A stretch of 64,000 nt of DNA from Amphiscolops sp. MND2022 (taxonomy: Eukaryota), in NCBI GenBank assembly GCA_964187785.1, contig OZ076419.1, positions 41,044,001-41,108,000 of the forward strand, read 5' to 3'. How positions within the stretch are numbered: the first letter of the stretch is position 1; each line of letters begins with the position of its first letter. The notes beneath the pieces are model-generated. The model made no database searches. It was given only the letters and a program-made list of their open reading frames with translations, and was not told the DNA's origin. Of the stretch, positions 1 through 13,578 are shown piece after piece. Both the position numbers and the translations under genes were made by a program.

Positions 1-1209
1 CGGAGTATACGCACCGACAACGGCAGTTGTTTTAAAAGTACCCAAATCAAGGAATTCTGTAACAGAGAAATTATAAAACGCATTACATCCACACCGAATT
101 TACAAACCGGTACCGGCCAAGTGGAAAAAACCATACGGACAATTAAGTCGCTAACTAGAGCAAATATGGCGGACGGCCTAATATTTGAAAAGAGTGTTAA
201 CTTAGCAAATAAAACGATCAGACAAACAAACACCACACAGTAAATTAAACATGACGCCGTTCCAGATGCATTTCGGACAAAAACCTCGATCGGCGATAAC
301 TAATTTGATCGGACAACCTGAATGTCTCTTGTCTAATTGGAAAAAGGCACTGACCAATTACATTTCAGCTTAGCACAACGAAGCTCCAAATGTTTACAAT
401 AAACGATTCGGAAGGAGAAATGACTGATTACATCGTCCTCAACGACTCCAAGAATAACGCTAGATCGGTAAGACCGGAATTTAAACAGTACCAGTTTTTT
501 GAAAAGGAAAACAAACCGAACGCCATGAAATGCAGATGTAAAACTAATAAACTATTAACGGCAGTAAAAGATACTAAACATACTATAACTACATCTGAAG
601 GGAAAACAATACACAAAAAATTAGCGTCAGAACCGATAAAATTTCAGCTTTCAAGAAAACTGGAAGAAGGAAGAAAACCAACAAACGGATGCCGCAGATG
701 TGGAAAATTCTGCCAAAGAGAGTTCTGCGAAACACACAAAAGAGTCTGCGGAATACCAAAAAGCCCACAAGAACAGTTACATCCTACCGACAATGCCGCT
801 GAAACGATCCACATACGGTGATGTTATCACAGCTCATGCAGAAACGGACGCTCCAGAACCACAAGCCACTACACCAGCGGACGAACAACAAGAAGAACAA
901 AACCCCACTGCAGAGGAAACACAACCGAAGGAAGACAACACATCCGAAGCAAATCCACCGCTACCCACCACACCGATCCAATGCAGTACCAGCCACGGTC
1001 CGCGTCCGTCGCAGAGGGAAGATGAACAACAGACCGCACCGATACGCGCAACCGTTATTGCCGTCAGAAACGGGAATAACAAACAAAGAAAAAAGGTAAA
1101 ACCGAAATTAAAGTTGAAAAATAATAAAGTAACATTTGAACAATCAGCTGATCTTCGTAGATCAAATAAGATAAAGGGCACTACACGAACTGAGAAATTA
1201 GGAGGGTAG
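1..1209 (+). mobile_element. Degenerate Gypsy/Ty3 LTR retrotransposon, 3' part of pol (integrase core plus C-terminal extension), truncated by window start
   Basis: Frame 1 reads IRTDNGSCF...GQVEKTIRTIK (integrase second D and the E region). After a frameshift near 235 it continues HSKLNMTPFQMHFG. ORFs 390-821 and 700-1209 form a broken C-terminal tail ending at a purine tract (GAGAAATTAGGAGGG, ~1192-1206). Confidence 0.8.
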
Positions 1210-1569
1210 AGTATTTCTAATATTAGTCGTTTAGGAATCATCCCCAGCCCACTCCGAAGTTTCCTTACAACTCCCTTTCCGAGACTAAAGAAGGAGTGCA
1301 CACAACAAACGGGACAAATTACCAAGAAACCCTACGGAAGTCAGGACTGGTTTCCCTAACCACAGAAGGGGGAATGAGACGAAGATGCCATTCATATGGC
1401 CATTTAAGTTCAAAGTACCTGCCCATAGAAACATCGTTACCACATAGCATTCAGCGCTGGTGCTACATTTCAATACTGTTGACCTTCTAGTATACTTGAA
1501 ACTTGTAACGTGTTTTGTTGTGAGATTCTAGTTTTAATTCAACTTTTTATTATTCATCGGTCAATTACA
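1207..1569 (+). mobile_element. Candidate 3' LTR of the Gypsy remnant
   Basis: Directly follows the purine tract and ends in ...TTACA. It starts with TA rather than TG, and there is no second copy in the window to confirm it. Confidence 0.3.
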
Positions 1570-2659
1570 AAACATTCATGTAAAAAATTCCCCTTCAAGA
1601 GGGAAGGGCAACATGTGGGTGTTTTATTTGAAAAATCGGTACGACATTGTGCTTTTTAAAAACTCTCGCCTCTTTTCTGATCCCCCAACCGCATTTCTTC
1701 ATATATGCAAAATTCAAACTGATCTGATTAAAACTGATTTTTTTTCTATAACAGGATGTTAACGTCTATTAGAATGGTTTTTTGTACGAACAACTGTGAT
1801 TATGTTCGAAGTAACTGCTTTTTTACTCAACTAAGGTTGTTGCTTTTCTAACCAAGAATACTTGACTTCATGAGTAGAAATAGTGTGAACAAAGATGGTT
1901 TCTGAATTCTAAACTGTCACCCTGAAAATAAATCTCAGTTAAAATGTTTCTAGTTTACGTTCAAGTCTATTATTGTAATTTTTTCACAAATTTCAAAATT
2001 ATCTTTTGTAATAGGTGGAACAAAAAAGGCTCCTTTTCGTCCCCCCGTCCACACTTTTTAAAGAAAACACACTCACTCAACATAAAGGATTATATTTGAC
2101 TATATCATTCAATAATTCTTCAAATAAGTCAATTCCTTTGTTTTGTTGTCTCCACATGAACTTGAATTTGGTATAATTAATTGGAAAAACAAAAAACATC
2201 AAATTGGGGGGAAAGTTCCCAGAACAAAAACCACAGAAAAGAGCCAACTCTTCTGTTATCCTGCTATTTGGAAACCTTTTTGGCTCTTTTCTGTTGTCCG
2301 CTCACTGTCGAAATTTTTAATGAAAATTTTATAACAAAAAGACGACTGAAAACCAAAAAACTTCAATTTTAAATTTATTTCCAGGGTGACACTTTAGAAT
2401 GAGATACAAACTTTGTTCATACCATTTTTTTCTAACGTTACGTATTCTTGTTGAAGAAATCAACAGCTTCCTGTTTTGAGTCACAAAAAACAGTGAATAA
2501 GATCATAATTATAGTCAAAATGCGTCAAAAATGAAAATATTTTGTTCAGACAAAACTCTATTAGACGTTAACTTCCTGTTATGAAAAAATTTTTCAATTA
2601 GTCAAGTCTGAAATTTTTAAATCCAAGTTTTGGTCATCGGGGGACAGAAAAGAGCCCCC

Positions 2660-3744
2660 TTTTTAGTGGGCGCTTTTCCATTAAGGGAAAAATGCCCGAC
2701 TATAGCAGTGACTGTTTTTAGTCGGCGCGTTTTCCTTTTAAGGAAAAATGCCCGACTATAGCAGTGACCTTTTTTTTCTCTTTTTTTCTTCAGACTACAA
2801 TCCTCACACTGATCGGTCCACTTTTTACAATCCTGAGCAGAGCACCTGAGGTCAAGTCCGCCCAAGACAAACTTTACTCCAAAGGGTCCCCCTTTCATTT
2901 TTTTACTTTTTTAACGTAACCTACAATCCGGACGTGCCTCAAGGGTCCCCCCTTTGGATTTTTTTCGGCACTGTGCGACTTTTTTCCGAAAATTTTTTAA
3001 TGTCCCCAAAGGGTCCCCCCTTTGAGTTTTTTGATATTTTGCAACGGAATGTTTGGTAATAAATCCAGAAGGGTCCCCCTTTTACATTTTTCGGCACTAT
3101 GCGACTTCTTTTGAAAGAAAAATTTTTTCGAAATTTCAATTTTTTTCCAAAAGTGTTTTACGCTTTTTGAGCCTTAGATATAGCGCCGACTGTATACGTT
3201 CTCGTCTCGTTTTTTCTTCCGACCACAGACCTCACACTGATCGGTCCACTTTTTAGAGAAACTCCTGAAACCACAAAGACCAAGTGCCAAGTCTGGCCAA
3301 TGCGAACGTAGTGCAAAGGGTCCCTCCCCCTTTCATTTTTTACTTTTTTAAGGTAACCTACAAAACCGGACGACACTAAAGGGTCCCCCTTTTCGAATTT
3401 TTTCCGCACTGTGCGACTTTTGTCCGAAATTTTTTAATGTCTCAAAAAGGTCCCCTTTTCGTTTTTTCGATACTTTGCAACTGAATGTATGTTAATAAAT
3501 ACCAAAGGGTCCCCCTTTTACATTTTTCAGCACTATGCAACATTTTCTGAAAGTTTTTTCTGAATTTTTTTTGTTCTCAGTTCGGGAAAAAGTTGTTTCC
3601 GTGTCTTATCGAGCATGAAAGGCACTCTTTGGGTGTCTCAAAACTATCTTTGAGCTTTTCATTAATACGTCCTGGGCATATTTTAGAAACTTCCCGCTTT
3701 TTGAGCCTTAGATATAGCGCCGACTTTAGACGTTCTCGTCTTGT
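2660..3744 (+). mobile_element. Tandem copies of non-autonomous Helentron/DINE-1-like element (HINE family A)
   Basis: 5' TTTTTAGTCGGCGC (2715) with a partial inverted copy CCCGACT downstream. 3' GCGCCGACT plus a hairpin and TTGT(T)-like end at 3183-3211 and 3717-3744. Internal AAAGGGTCCCCC repeats. Confidence 0.75.
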
Positions 3745-3821
3745 AAGTCGGCGCTTTATCCTTTTAAGGAAAAATTGTAACGTCAGGCAAAAGACGTTGC
3801 AGAAGTTTTTGAAAATTTCGA

Positions 3822-5275
3822 TCAAAAATTCGAAATGTGCGACATCAAACAAGCACATTCAAGATGGCCGACCCGGCAGGTACGAAAACCGTAGAGGAAG
3901 CAAAATAAAGGCAAAACACCACCAGAGGATGCCACCCCACCACCCAGGAACGAGAATGTCCGAGATGTCATCACCCAGAAGCCGTGAGAATCAGGAATTC
4001 TGCCATCTGACAGCAAAAAGACAGGGTTTTGGCAGAAAAGTGCCAAATGAGACCATTGTGCCCCGAAGATGAGGAATGATGCCAGAGGCAGGAAGCTGAT
4101 GATCGCCACCGAAATGTAACTGTATACTTTATTGGGGCCTATCCCCACCTGTTTTGACTGTTTATAGCGTATTTGGATAATGTTTGACCTACTAGGTCCT
4201 CATTTTAGTCCTTATTCACTCATATAATGTATTTCAGTTAGACACCTTTTTGGACCTCGGAAGTATGTAGGAGATAGCAGGAACGCATTAGGAACCTAGG
4301 ATACGTTTTTACAGGCTTGTGGGGCGTGTCCGGACTTTGAGAGTGCCGGCACGTCGCTTCGGAGCTCTAACTAGAGAAGCCTCCTTAGACGTTAGAAAAG
4401 TCCCCCTTGGAGACCATTTTGGGATCAAAAACTAGTGTCTAGGAGTGTAGTAAGACAACGGTCTCCTGTTTAAGCACCCTAGGCATTGTCCCACTTCCGG
4501 GATGTGCGCCGCTAGCCGGACGTTACAAATGCCCGACTATAGCAGTGACCTTTTTTTCTTCAGACTACAATCCTCACACTGATCGGTACACTTTTTAGAA
4601 ACAATCCTGAAACCACCTAAGGCCAAGTCCGGCCAAGGCAAACTTAGTGCAAACGGTCCCTCCTTTCATTTTTTACTTTTTTAACGTAACCTACAAAACC
4701 GGCCGAGGCTAAAGGGTTTTGATTTTTTTCGGCACTGTGCGACTTTTTTTCGAAAATTTTTTAATGTCCCCAAAGGGTCCCTCCTTTGAGTTTTTTGTTA
4801 TTTTGCAACACAATGCATGTTTATAAACCAAAAAGGGTCCCCCTTTTACATTTTTCGACACTGTGCGACATTTTCCGAACGAAAAAATTTTTTCGAAAAT
4901 TTCAAGTTTTTTTCCAAAAAAAGTTCTGCGCTTTTTGAGTCTTAGATATAGCGCCGACTTTAGACGTTCTCGTCTTGTTTACACATACTTCACCTCATGT
5001 TAAAAATCATTTGAATCTCCATTTTTGGTTCACCTGCTGGTTTCGCTGAACAAGTTCTTCATGAAGTTCACTTCTCTGCTGCTCGGCGTGAAATTGGCTT
5101 TGCGGTATTGCGAAGAGAGCCAGCTGCGAATTTCTAGGGTTCTTTTTTGGCCAGCAAAGTGCGACCCAGATCTGTAGAGGCCGAATCGCCAAATTATGTT
5201 GAAAAAGGAGAAAAAGGAAAGGAGAAGAATTATTTTCCAGCCGAATCTTCGAACTCGCGGCACTCTCGTCATTTT
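3822..5275 (-). CDS. Two candidate exons (5275-5034, 4148-?) of an uncharacterised membrane protein gene
   Basis: Acceptor AATCAG| at 5276, donor CAG|GTGAAC at 5033 (phase 0), acceptor AAACAG|GTG at 4149 (phase 0). The join gives ...EELVQRNQQ|VGIGPNKVYSYISVAIISFLPLASFLIFG..., with several hydrophobic segments. No family recognised. Confidence 0.4.
4518..4979 (+). mobile_element. HINE family A copy, 5'-truncated
   Basis: CCCGACTATAGCAGTGAC start. 3' end GCGCCGACTTTAGACGTTCTCGTCTTGTT at 4951-4979. Confidence 0.75.
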
Positions 5276-7799
5276 CTGATTGTAAGATAATGTAATTTGG
5301 AAAATGCAATTAGATAAATTTTTTGAACTGAGATTTTCTGCAAACTCAATAATTTAATTGAAATTTTGGGTAATTTTCCAGTTGCCCCAACCATTGAGTT
5401 TTTGGATTTTTCATTTTTCCATTTGAGAATCTGAATTAAATTTGTATTTTGTGTAGCGGAAATGAGTTTCTGCAATGTTTCAATCCAAAGCAGTTCAGGA
5501 GTGGAACTGACCGGAAGTGAAGGGCATGCCAACATTTTTAAAACGTTGTTTTGTTCACTCTTCCAGCATAATGAATCTGTTCAAATTGGTTGATCTTTGT
5601 TCAATCAAAAAAAATGCTGTCAATTATTTACAAAATATAGCATTTTACACACCGAACGAAAATGCGAATGCGGCTCGGATATGCAATTAAAGCTATCCGA
5701 AAAAAAAGGAAATCAAGGGTTGGGGAAACTGGAATGGGAAACCAAATTTCGGAATCTAGGATGGTAAAAAAGTTATTGATGATTATGTGGAATGATTTCA
5801 AAAACAAACGAGGTGTGAAATCATTCGAATATCTAGAAATTCAGCACATGTTTCTTAAAATCAAATTGCTGACGTAATGTGATTTCGTTTTGTTTTACTC
5901 CCGGAGTCTCTCGAAGTAAGGGCCTTCGTCTCCGTTTTTTTTGGAAATGAATTGAATTTATTGCAAAAAAAGCTACAAAAGCATTTTCACTGACAATTTA
6001 TTTTTAGCTTTCATAATATTTTTCCTTGTTGAGTATACTAATTCTCATGAAAAAGCCGAACGTGTTTTTGAACTACGCGAATCAATTCAAAAGCAATCTG
6101 TTGCTTATCAAAAAGAAAAATATCGTTTCGAATTAAACTCCTTCGCATAAAAATCCTTTGCTATCACGAAATCTGATGTTTTGTGTTGACATTTGTTAAT
6201 ATTTTGTAGCCAATTTTTCTAGACTTTGAGTTGAAGGATTGTGAATTCTTCTGATCTTTCAGTTGAAAGTTAGTTCGTTTGAGGTCACTTTTAAGAACCG
6301 TATTGAGTGCCTAATTTTTATCCACAAAAAAACTGTTTCTCTCTAACGTACTCTTGCAAAACAATCTGTTTCTTTACTTCCCTTTTCAACGAGATATAGT
6401 CCCCAAAGACTATGTATCTTTCATAATCAATGTCATGAAGTGCATTTTTGGAAAATACGTAAAACAATATATAACCAAAAAAAAACAAAAATCTAACCAA
6501 AAACCCATTTTGAAATTAATTTCTATTTAATTCAGATATAAACTGCGTTCACATTATTTCGCTTCATAAAGTTACGCATTCTTGATCAGGAAATCAACAG
6601 CTTCAATTTTGAGTCACAAAAATAGTTAATCCAGGATCAATCCAGTCAAAGTACGTGAAAAAGATTTTGTTCAAACGCAAAAAACTTACGATAGAAGTTG
6701 CCTTTCAGTTGTGAAAAAAGATCTCCGAAAATGCCTGTTTTAAACGTCTTTGGAAAATTCATGTTTAAAAGTTCGCTTGTGAGAGGGGGAAACAGAGAAG
6801 ATACAAAACAAGTTCTTTGTCAATTTTTTTTCGAAGAATTTTTTTTGTTAGCGGTTTCATACTATCGTCGAGCAAATTTAACTTGCATCTAGCAACATAT
6901 CAAAACGCTGAACAGCAGCAAGGCTGCCACATTTGAGGTTTTTCTATCTTCTGAGAGTTTCTTGCTAAACGGCTTTCATTTCATCTGCAGAAACATTAGA
7001 TTTTAAGTGCTGGAGAGTAATATCTACTCGCAATAAAGTCTGGAATTTGAAAATATTTGAAAAAAATGCAAAATCATGAGAAGAATGTGTTCAGAATACA
7101 ACCAACACAAGTGCATCAACTGTAGAACCATTGCAATTCCTAACTTTCATAACACAGATTCAAGTGCCGTATCTTGTCCTTAGCTATTGAACTGGCTCAT
7201 AGGCCTTTAACTCGGTTGTGTCCGAACTAATCGCTGCTGACTACCTTTTAAATACTTTCGCCGCGTTTAAGTATTTGAAATCCCTAACAAGGTATACCAT
7301 GCAGCCCTAACAAGGTATACCGTTATTACATTCTATCATACCTGACTGTGGTAGTATGCAATAAGCAAAAGAGCAGTGTCAATCCCACTCATAGGCTGCT
7401 TTGAAAGACCTTGTTCATTGGAACTTTGAGTTGATTAATTGGTTTTCTTATCATTGCGAGCATAAGATCCTTCAGCTCAATGATTTCAGATTGGAGCGCA
7501 GTAAACTATTGCTCATAGATGTCGTCGATTTCAGAGATTTGGGACAACGCGTCAGTTTAAACGCTGACCTCATCGGTCCCTGCATTAGCGTCTGACATTA
7601 TATTATTGTCTTCAGTGGATTCAGAAACGTCAGCACCAAGTACTTTGCCGTAGCTGAGCTTTCTAATTCGTTTTATGATAACGTGAGGAAAGAGCGACAG
7701 ATTCAGTAAAAAACTTTGATTGGAGATGATTCAACGATGAAATTCTGTTTTATTGGGGCACGAGCTTTGCGAGATGCCCCTATGGTGACGTTTTTTTTC

Positions 7800-8720
7800 G
7801 CAGATTTCGTGACATGTGCCAATTTTTCAAACTTGTGAGGCCAATTTCACAAAACCCAGAACAGATACGGACACCAGGTTTTCGCTGAAAGTTGCGCAAG
7901 ATCCTAGGCTACATTTTCGCCGAAAAAAGTTTTCGAAACAAATTCGGCTTCATGGTTTTTTTTCAAAAGAATTTTTGAAAAAACGCTATTTTTGACTATT
8001 TTTCATATTTGATCCCCTATATCTCAGAACTGAGACCGAATACAGGGTCCATGGTTTCGTAAGTTGTACAAGCGTTTTATAGGCTACATTTTGGCCTCAA
8101 AATAACTTCAATTTTTTTTTCATACTTGGTGTTTTTGGGCAAAAAAGAGGACAAAAAATTTTTCGAAAAATTTTTCTCATTCGTAGCTCATATTTCTCAA
8201 AATTCATGAAAGATACAGAAACCATTCTCTTTTGAGAAAAACAGCATAGATATAGGCTACTTTTTGGACCAACAAAGTTACCGTCGTCAAGTATGACGCC
8301 TTCGTTTTTCTGCCCAAAAAAAATTCTTGGTTCTTTTTTCCTTGAGCTCGTATATCTCATGACCGAGACCAAATGTGGGGTTCAAAGTTTCGTTAATTTT
8401 ACGAGGCTTATGTAGGCTACGTTTTAGGCTAAAAGTGATGTCAAAATATTTTTCGCTCTGGATTTTTTAGCTAATAAAGTAAGGAAAAAATTTTCTGAAT
8501 TTTTTCCATTTTTTTCTAATTTGTAGCTGATTTTTCTCAGAACTGAAAATAGATACGAAAACAATTCTTCCTCACAAAGTGAGGCAAGTATGTAGGCTAC
8601 TTTTTGTACTATCAAAGTTTCCGTCACGAAGTATGACGCCTTCGGGTTCCTGCCAAAAATACATTTTTCATTTTTCAAAAAAAAATTTTCGTCAATTTTT
8701 AGTTCTTTTATCAAAATATT
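7800..8720. repeat. Diverged tandem array, unit about 160-180 bp
   Basis: Anchor TAGGCTAC recurs at 7905, 8080, 8253, 8413 and 8593. Units at 8253 and 8593 share CAAAGTT.CCGTC...AAGTATGACGCCTTCG. Confidence 0.65.
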
Positions 8721-9989
8721 CTCATCTGAGACTGGATAAGTTCACAAGGTTGTGGGCCCTGGTTCTCTATTGGTGTTTTGTTTTATTTACCTTCACTCTC
8801 ACTTGAAGTCAAATCAGGCAAATAGCACACTAATCTGCGCTAAGTTTCACAGTATAAGCTCGGATTATGTTTCAACGAGGCTTCAGAGTGGCTCTTTTGT
8901 ACTGGTGATAAAACTGTGATAAATGGATGGACTACTTTTTCTGATTCAAGTTTTTTTTGTTTACAGTGGTTTCCATTGAAGATAGTAGCGACAGATGTAA
9001 AGGCAATGAGTTAGGTCAAAAATGTTGCATAAAATACAAAAGTTAGGCCATGAGAATTCAATGAGAACGTCAAGTATTACAGATCAATTTTAGTCGACGA
9101 TGCTTGATAATCTCAAAGTAAATTTTGGCAGAGTTTCTTTACTGGTCAGTACAGTAATAAAAGTCCTAATGACTATACATTAGGCAGTTCTTGCTCGTCA
9201 TGGTCGAATGGTAAGACGCAATTCTTACCAAACAGCTCCTCCATTTGTTATTCTGTGTTGGTGCTAATTAGTACTCACGTCACAATCGGTCCGGGGTGTG
9301 AATTGTTGGTCCGTTGGCAAAACTCATTCGAAATCTACATATCTAATAAAATTTACGTGAATCATTAATTTCTCTGGTTCCGTAAAATAGCTGCATGGCA
9401 ATTTTTGTTGAGTCATATAAATACATGAATTTTTTACATGGAATGCACACAGAGCCAAAAACATCTAATATTCATCATCACAAAAACAAAATACATCACT
9501 GATGTATTAACAGTGGATTAAGCACATCTGATGGGGGAGAACAATGTCTAAATACAAAACAGTGCATTGACTTATTTTTTACTGAGTAAATTATTTCAGA
9601 TAAGTCTGTGATGCTTTTCAAAACAATTTGAGTTCGGTTCAACCCACCGATGATTTCTTCGAGATGAAGTTTCATTTCACTCGCAAATTGCAATTGAACA
9701 ACGGATGAAACAGACGCCTTTTCCTCCGTATAATCGAAAATTGATGTTTTTCATTTTATCAAAAACAATAGAACTAGTTTCGATCATATTGGCATGACAC
9801 CAAGTACGTCCCAATTGAACAAAGTATTCAAAGAAAATCTAGCAGACCACCGTTAAGCTCTGAGAGATTTGAAAATCAGTTCTACTTTTGCAGCACGCTC
9901 ACTTTTGAACTCAGCCGTTAGCTGTAACATGGCATGGTGCTGCGAGCTAGAAATCAACCTATAACGGGTATACACATGTTTTGGCAAGA

Positions 9990-11850
9990 CCGTGTCACCG
10001 GAAGACAGCGCGAATGGAGCAAATGAATTCAGCTATTTGAAATCGCTGGAAGTTTTAACAAGGGACGATACATCAACAAATCCGAGAAAAAGACCTGATG
10101 AGTGGAGCAGAAGCGTCCATAGCCCAGAAAAGGCCCTGAGTTTCCTGTATATTGCACTCTGCGAAGCTGTAAGGAGAACGTTTCTGGACCGAAACGCATA
10201 TACTGATATAAAAGCAGCCAACCTAAAATCTGTTACACGAATGCAACGAAGCATTTCAGAAGACAAAAAATTGACTGATGGATCCCCAAAAGTTCCTAAC
10301 CAAAAAACAAAAGAACGAAGAAACCGTTGAATACTTCTGGCATGCTCTAAGTGGGCTGGCTTAAAATTTGCTATTTTGGCACCCAAAACACCGGGTCATT
10401 CTACGATACCTTTGTATCAAATCTGAAATACACAATAGTTCAGGAATGGCTGTTTACCGAATTAGAAAACAACCTGGAAGAAACTCTAAAGTTCGCAATA
10501 GCATTCGAACAAGAAACCCAACAAAAGAGGACACTTTGTATAAAACCAACAAGCTTAATAAAACCCACATTCGCTGTAGAAAAGCGCATCGAATGTTACA
10601 AGTGCAGAGAAAAAACGATCTTCATGGGCTTCATGGGAAATCAAAACGTCTGCAAAGCCAAAAAAGAGCATTGCCCAAATTGTGAAAAAACGGGAGACTA
10701 TGCCCAATGTGAAGCCTAAAATAACGGCGACAAAGATGACCAAGGCAGCACCCCAGAAGAAGATGAATGCTGCCCAATCGAAAACCCCTGGAGCAGCTCA
10801 GAAGTCGAATCAGGAGAGGAAGTGGAAAAGTTTCAAAATGACAAAGGAAAAGCCACCCAAACAAAACCTTCCTACTGAAAGTTCAACAGGTAACTGAAGG
10901 GGTGGTAAGTGTGAAGTTAAGTGTGTAAACGATTCGCCGACTAAAGTGTTCACTGAACTTGACGAAATTGTTCTCGGCACGGACGCCTAAATGAGCACAA
11001 AATAAACAATTTGAAGAACATTGCACACCAAAAAAGCGGAAAAGGCGTTGCTTAACTATTCAACGTTAAAACTCTGTTGAAGGGAACTCGAAAATTCAAA
11101 TAAAAACGGGCAAATTGAAGAAGTAAGCGAAATAAAAGACAAAGTTTTCATACAGTCGCCAGTTGTTATCGTGAAAGGAGACAAAAATATAAACATAGAT
11201 GACGTCATAAGTATATAAGCGGAAACAATCACAGCTAAAGATGACCAAAAGCTCTGGTTCACTTCATTCGATCTAAAATATGCTTTACGGCAAGTTCGTT
11301 TAAACCCATAATTATCGAAACATTGTAATGTTGTAGTATGGGAGGAAAAACCAGAGGCATATACCGAGCGAATGATGGAAGACAATTCAATCGATTTTTC
11401 GATTGCTCTTGTTTTCATAGCTAATATTTTAAAAGTAACCAAAACCAAAAGAACCGAGCAAGACCATGAGGATAAAGTTAGATAGGTTTTTAGAAAACAA
11501 GATAGAAGTAAACTACAACTAATAGAAGAAAACAGCCAAATGGCGAGGAATGGAACAGAATGTCTTGAATTTAATTTTTGACAGAACGAAATGAAGCCAC
11601 AAAACGGAAAAATTCAAGGAAAAAGCTATAAAACGAAACCCAAAAATCCGAAGGACCAGATATGTATATCAATTGACAAAAATTCCACCCGGATTAGCTC
11701 AAACAACGGAACTTTTTAGAGTTTTACTGAAGCACCAAGGAATATGGAATTGGAAAGAAACTGTTAGCTGTAACACTAATCTGACTAACTACTTGACATT
11801 TTGACAAGTGCCGAAAATCATATCAGCCAAATATATTGCCAACTTTGTGA
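9990..11850 (+). mobile_element. Heavily degenerate Gypsy element (gag, zinc knuckle, RT remnants)
   Basis: Gag-like text (EKALSFLYIALCEAVRRTF; LEETLKFAIAFEQ), decayed double knuckle CYKC...CPNCEKTGDYAQC (10590-10715), and RT motif WFTSFDLKYALRQV (~11255-11300). Many stops and frameshifts. Confidence 0.65.
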
Positions 11851-13578
11851 TTTAACTGTTTTGAATTCCTGAGTTATTTTGAAGTATTTCATTGTAAACT
11901 ATAAAAATGAAGATTCCAAGCACTGAATGTGTAATAAGTAAGCACTGAATATGTAACTAAAAATTTCACGCATCAGGTAGTCGTTGTGGGTAATCTTTTT
12001 TTCGACGAGTTTTTACTCCGTTATTTTTCAACGAGGTACTCAGTGACAAGTTTTCCGTCCTTTGCCTTCAACGGTTTGCATTCGGTGAGTTGTTTCTGAC
12101 GAATTTTCCGCATACTGTTCATCCAAAATTGAGGAAACTGATTTGAAAGTAATTATTTTTATACATTTTCTCAAATACAGTATTCGATTGCACGAAGCTT
12201 CCTCTCTGGAACAAGGTGCAAGTTGATCAAAAACCATAATTTCATTAGGTTCTCGCTTTTTGATTCAGCTCATTTTTTACAAGGCACATAGTCTTTTTGG
12301 CACAAAAAAAATACAGCTAGTGTTCGGGGTTGTTTTTGTGAGAGCAAGATATAGAAATAGATGAAATGTCTATCATTGGGAACATAATTTATCGAAGAAA
12401 CACTGTATAAATGACACGCTGACTATCTTCCATTTGTAGTGATCACTCGGCGACTCACTTGTGGAAGAGTGCTGTGATTTTGTTCACTCCCTATTAAAAG
12501 TATTTTAACAGACTTAGAATAAGAATAACATAAAATAACAGAATTTTTGGATGTGATAAACATTATATTATATATTAATACAACAGCCAAATGAGTAAAC
12601 ATCCAAAACAAATGAGCGTAAGCCGAATAAGATTAACTTTTTGATTACCTTGGAAAACTGACAAACTGGAAACACAGTGGCACTGCAATAGTTTTCCTTT
12701 ACTCTGCTAATATGCCTTTAGGAAACAATCAGAAACCTTTCAGCCTGACTTCTTTGCCAAAGAGGTATTGGAATATTTTGAACTATAAAAATCTCTATTG
12801 ACTTGGAAACTAGGTCATACAAGTAGGTATACAGAGTTCAAAAATGTTTTCAGGTATAGGGCCCGACTATTAACTTTCTGTGAAAAATGTGCCCGACTAT
12901 TAGTTTTTTTTCGTCAGACAACAGACTTTGTTCACGCTTTCACTTGGCCTCGAATTAAGAAGGTCGCTTGACAAACAGGGTCGTTGGTTCGATCGAATCC
13001 GGTCTAAGAAAAGTTTTGTACGTATCCAAAAACTCTTTCAAATTTTACTAAATTTCAACTTCTAAAAGACGCTTTTCCAGCCCAAATGGTCGCATCTTTG
13101 GATTTTTCGGCAATGAGCGACTTTTCCGTAAACTTTTTTTCACAAATTTGGGTTTTTTGATGTTTTGAAGTTTAAGTACAAACAAACTTCATTATGTTGA
13201 GACGTTGCTGGGAAAACCTCACAGAGACGATAGTCTTTGTGCTCAATTGATTTTTTTCACCTATGTCTAGTCCCATAGATTTCTTACTCGTGGTGAGTTT
13301 GGACACCTGAGATTCGTCGCAAAATCCTGTAAAATTTTTTCTGACACTCCTGGAGTCCGATCCGAATGTAAAACTGAGGGAAAAATTTCAGCTCTCTTGG
13401 TTGACCTTCAAAGCACTCCGTGTTTTTAGTCGGCACCTTTTCCCTTAAGGAAAAAAGCCCGACTATTACATTGGGTAGTTTTTTTCAGCCTACAATCTCA
13501 CTCTGAATGGTCCAGTTTTCTTACAGTTCTTACAATCTTACAATTTTTACTTCACTTACGAAGTTGTATTTTTTACAT

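Noticed and set aside
5030-5272. ORF MTRVPRVRRFGWKIILLL... as a type II membrane protein start
   Set aside because: Its donor phase (2) would hit a stop in the next exon at 4148; the overlapping frame splices cleanly.
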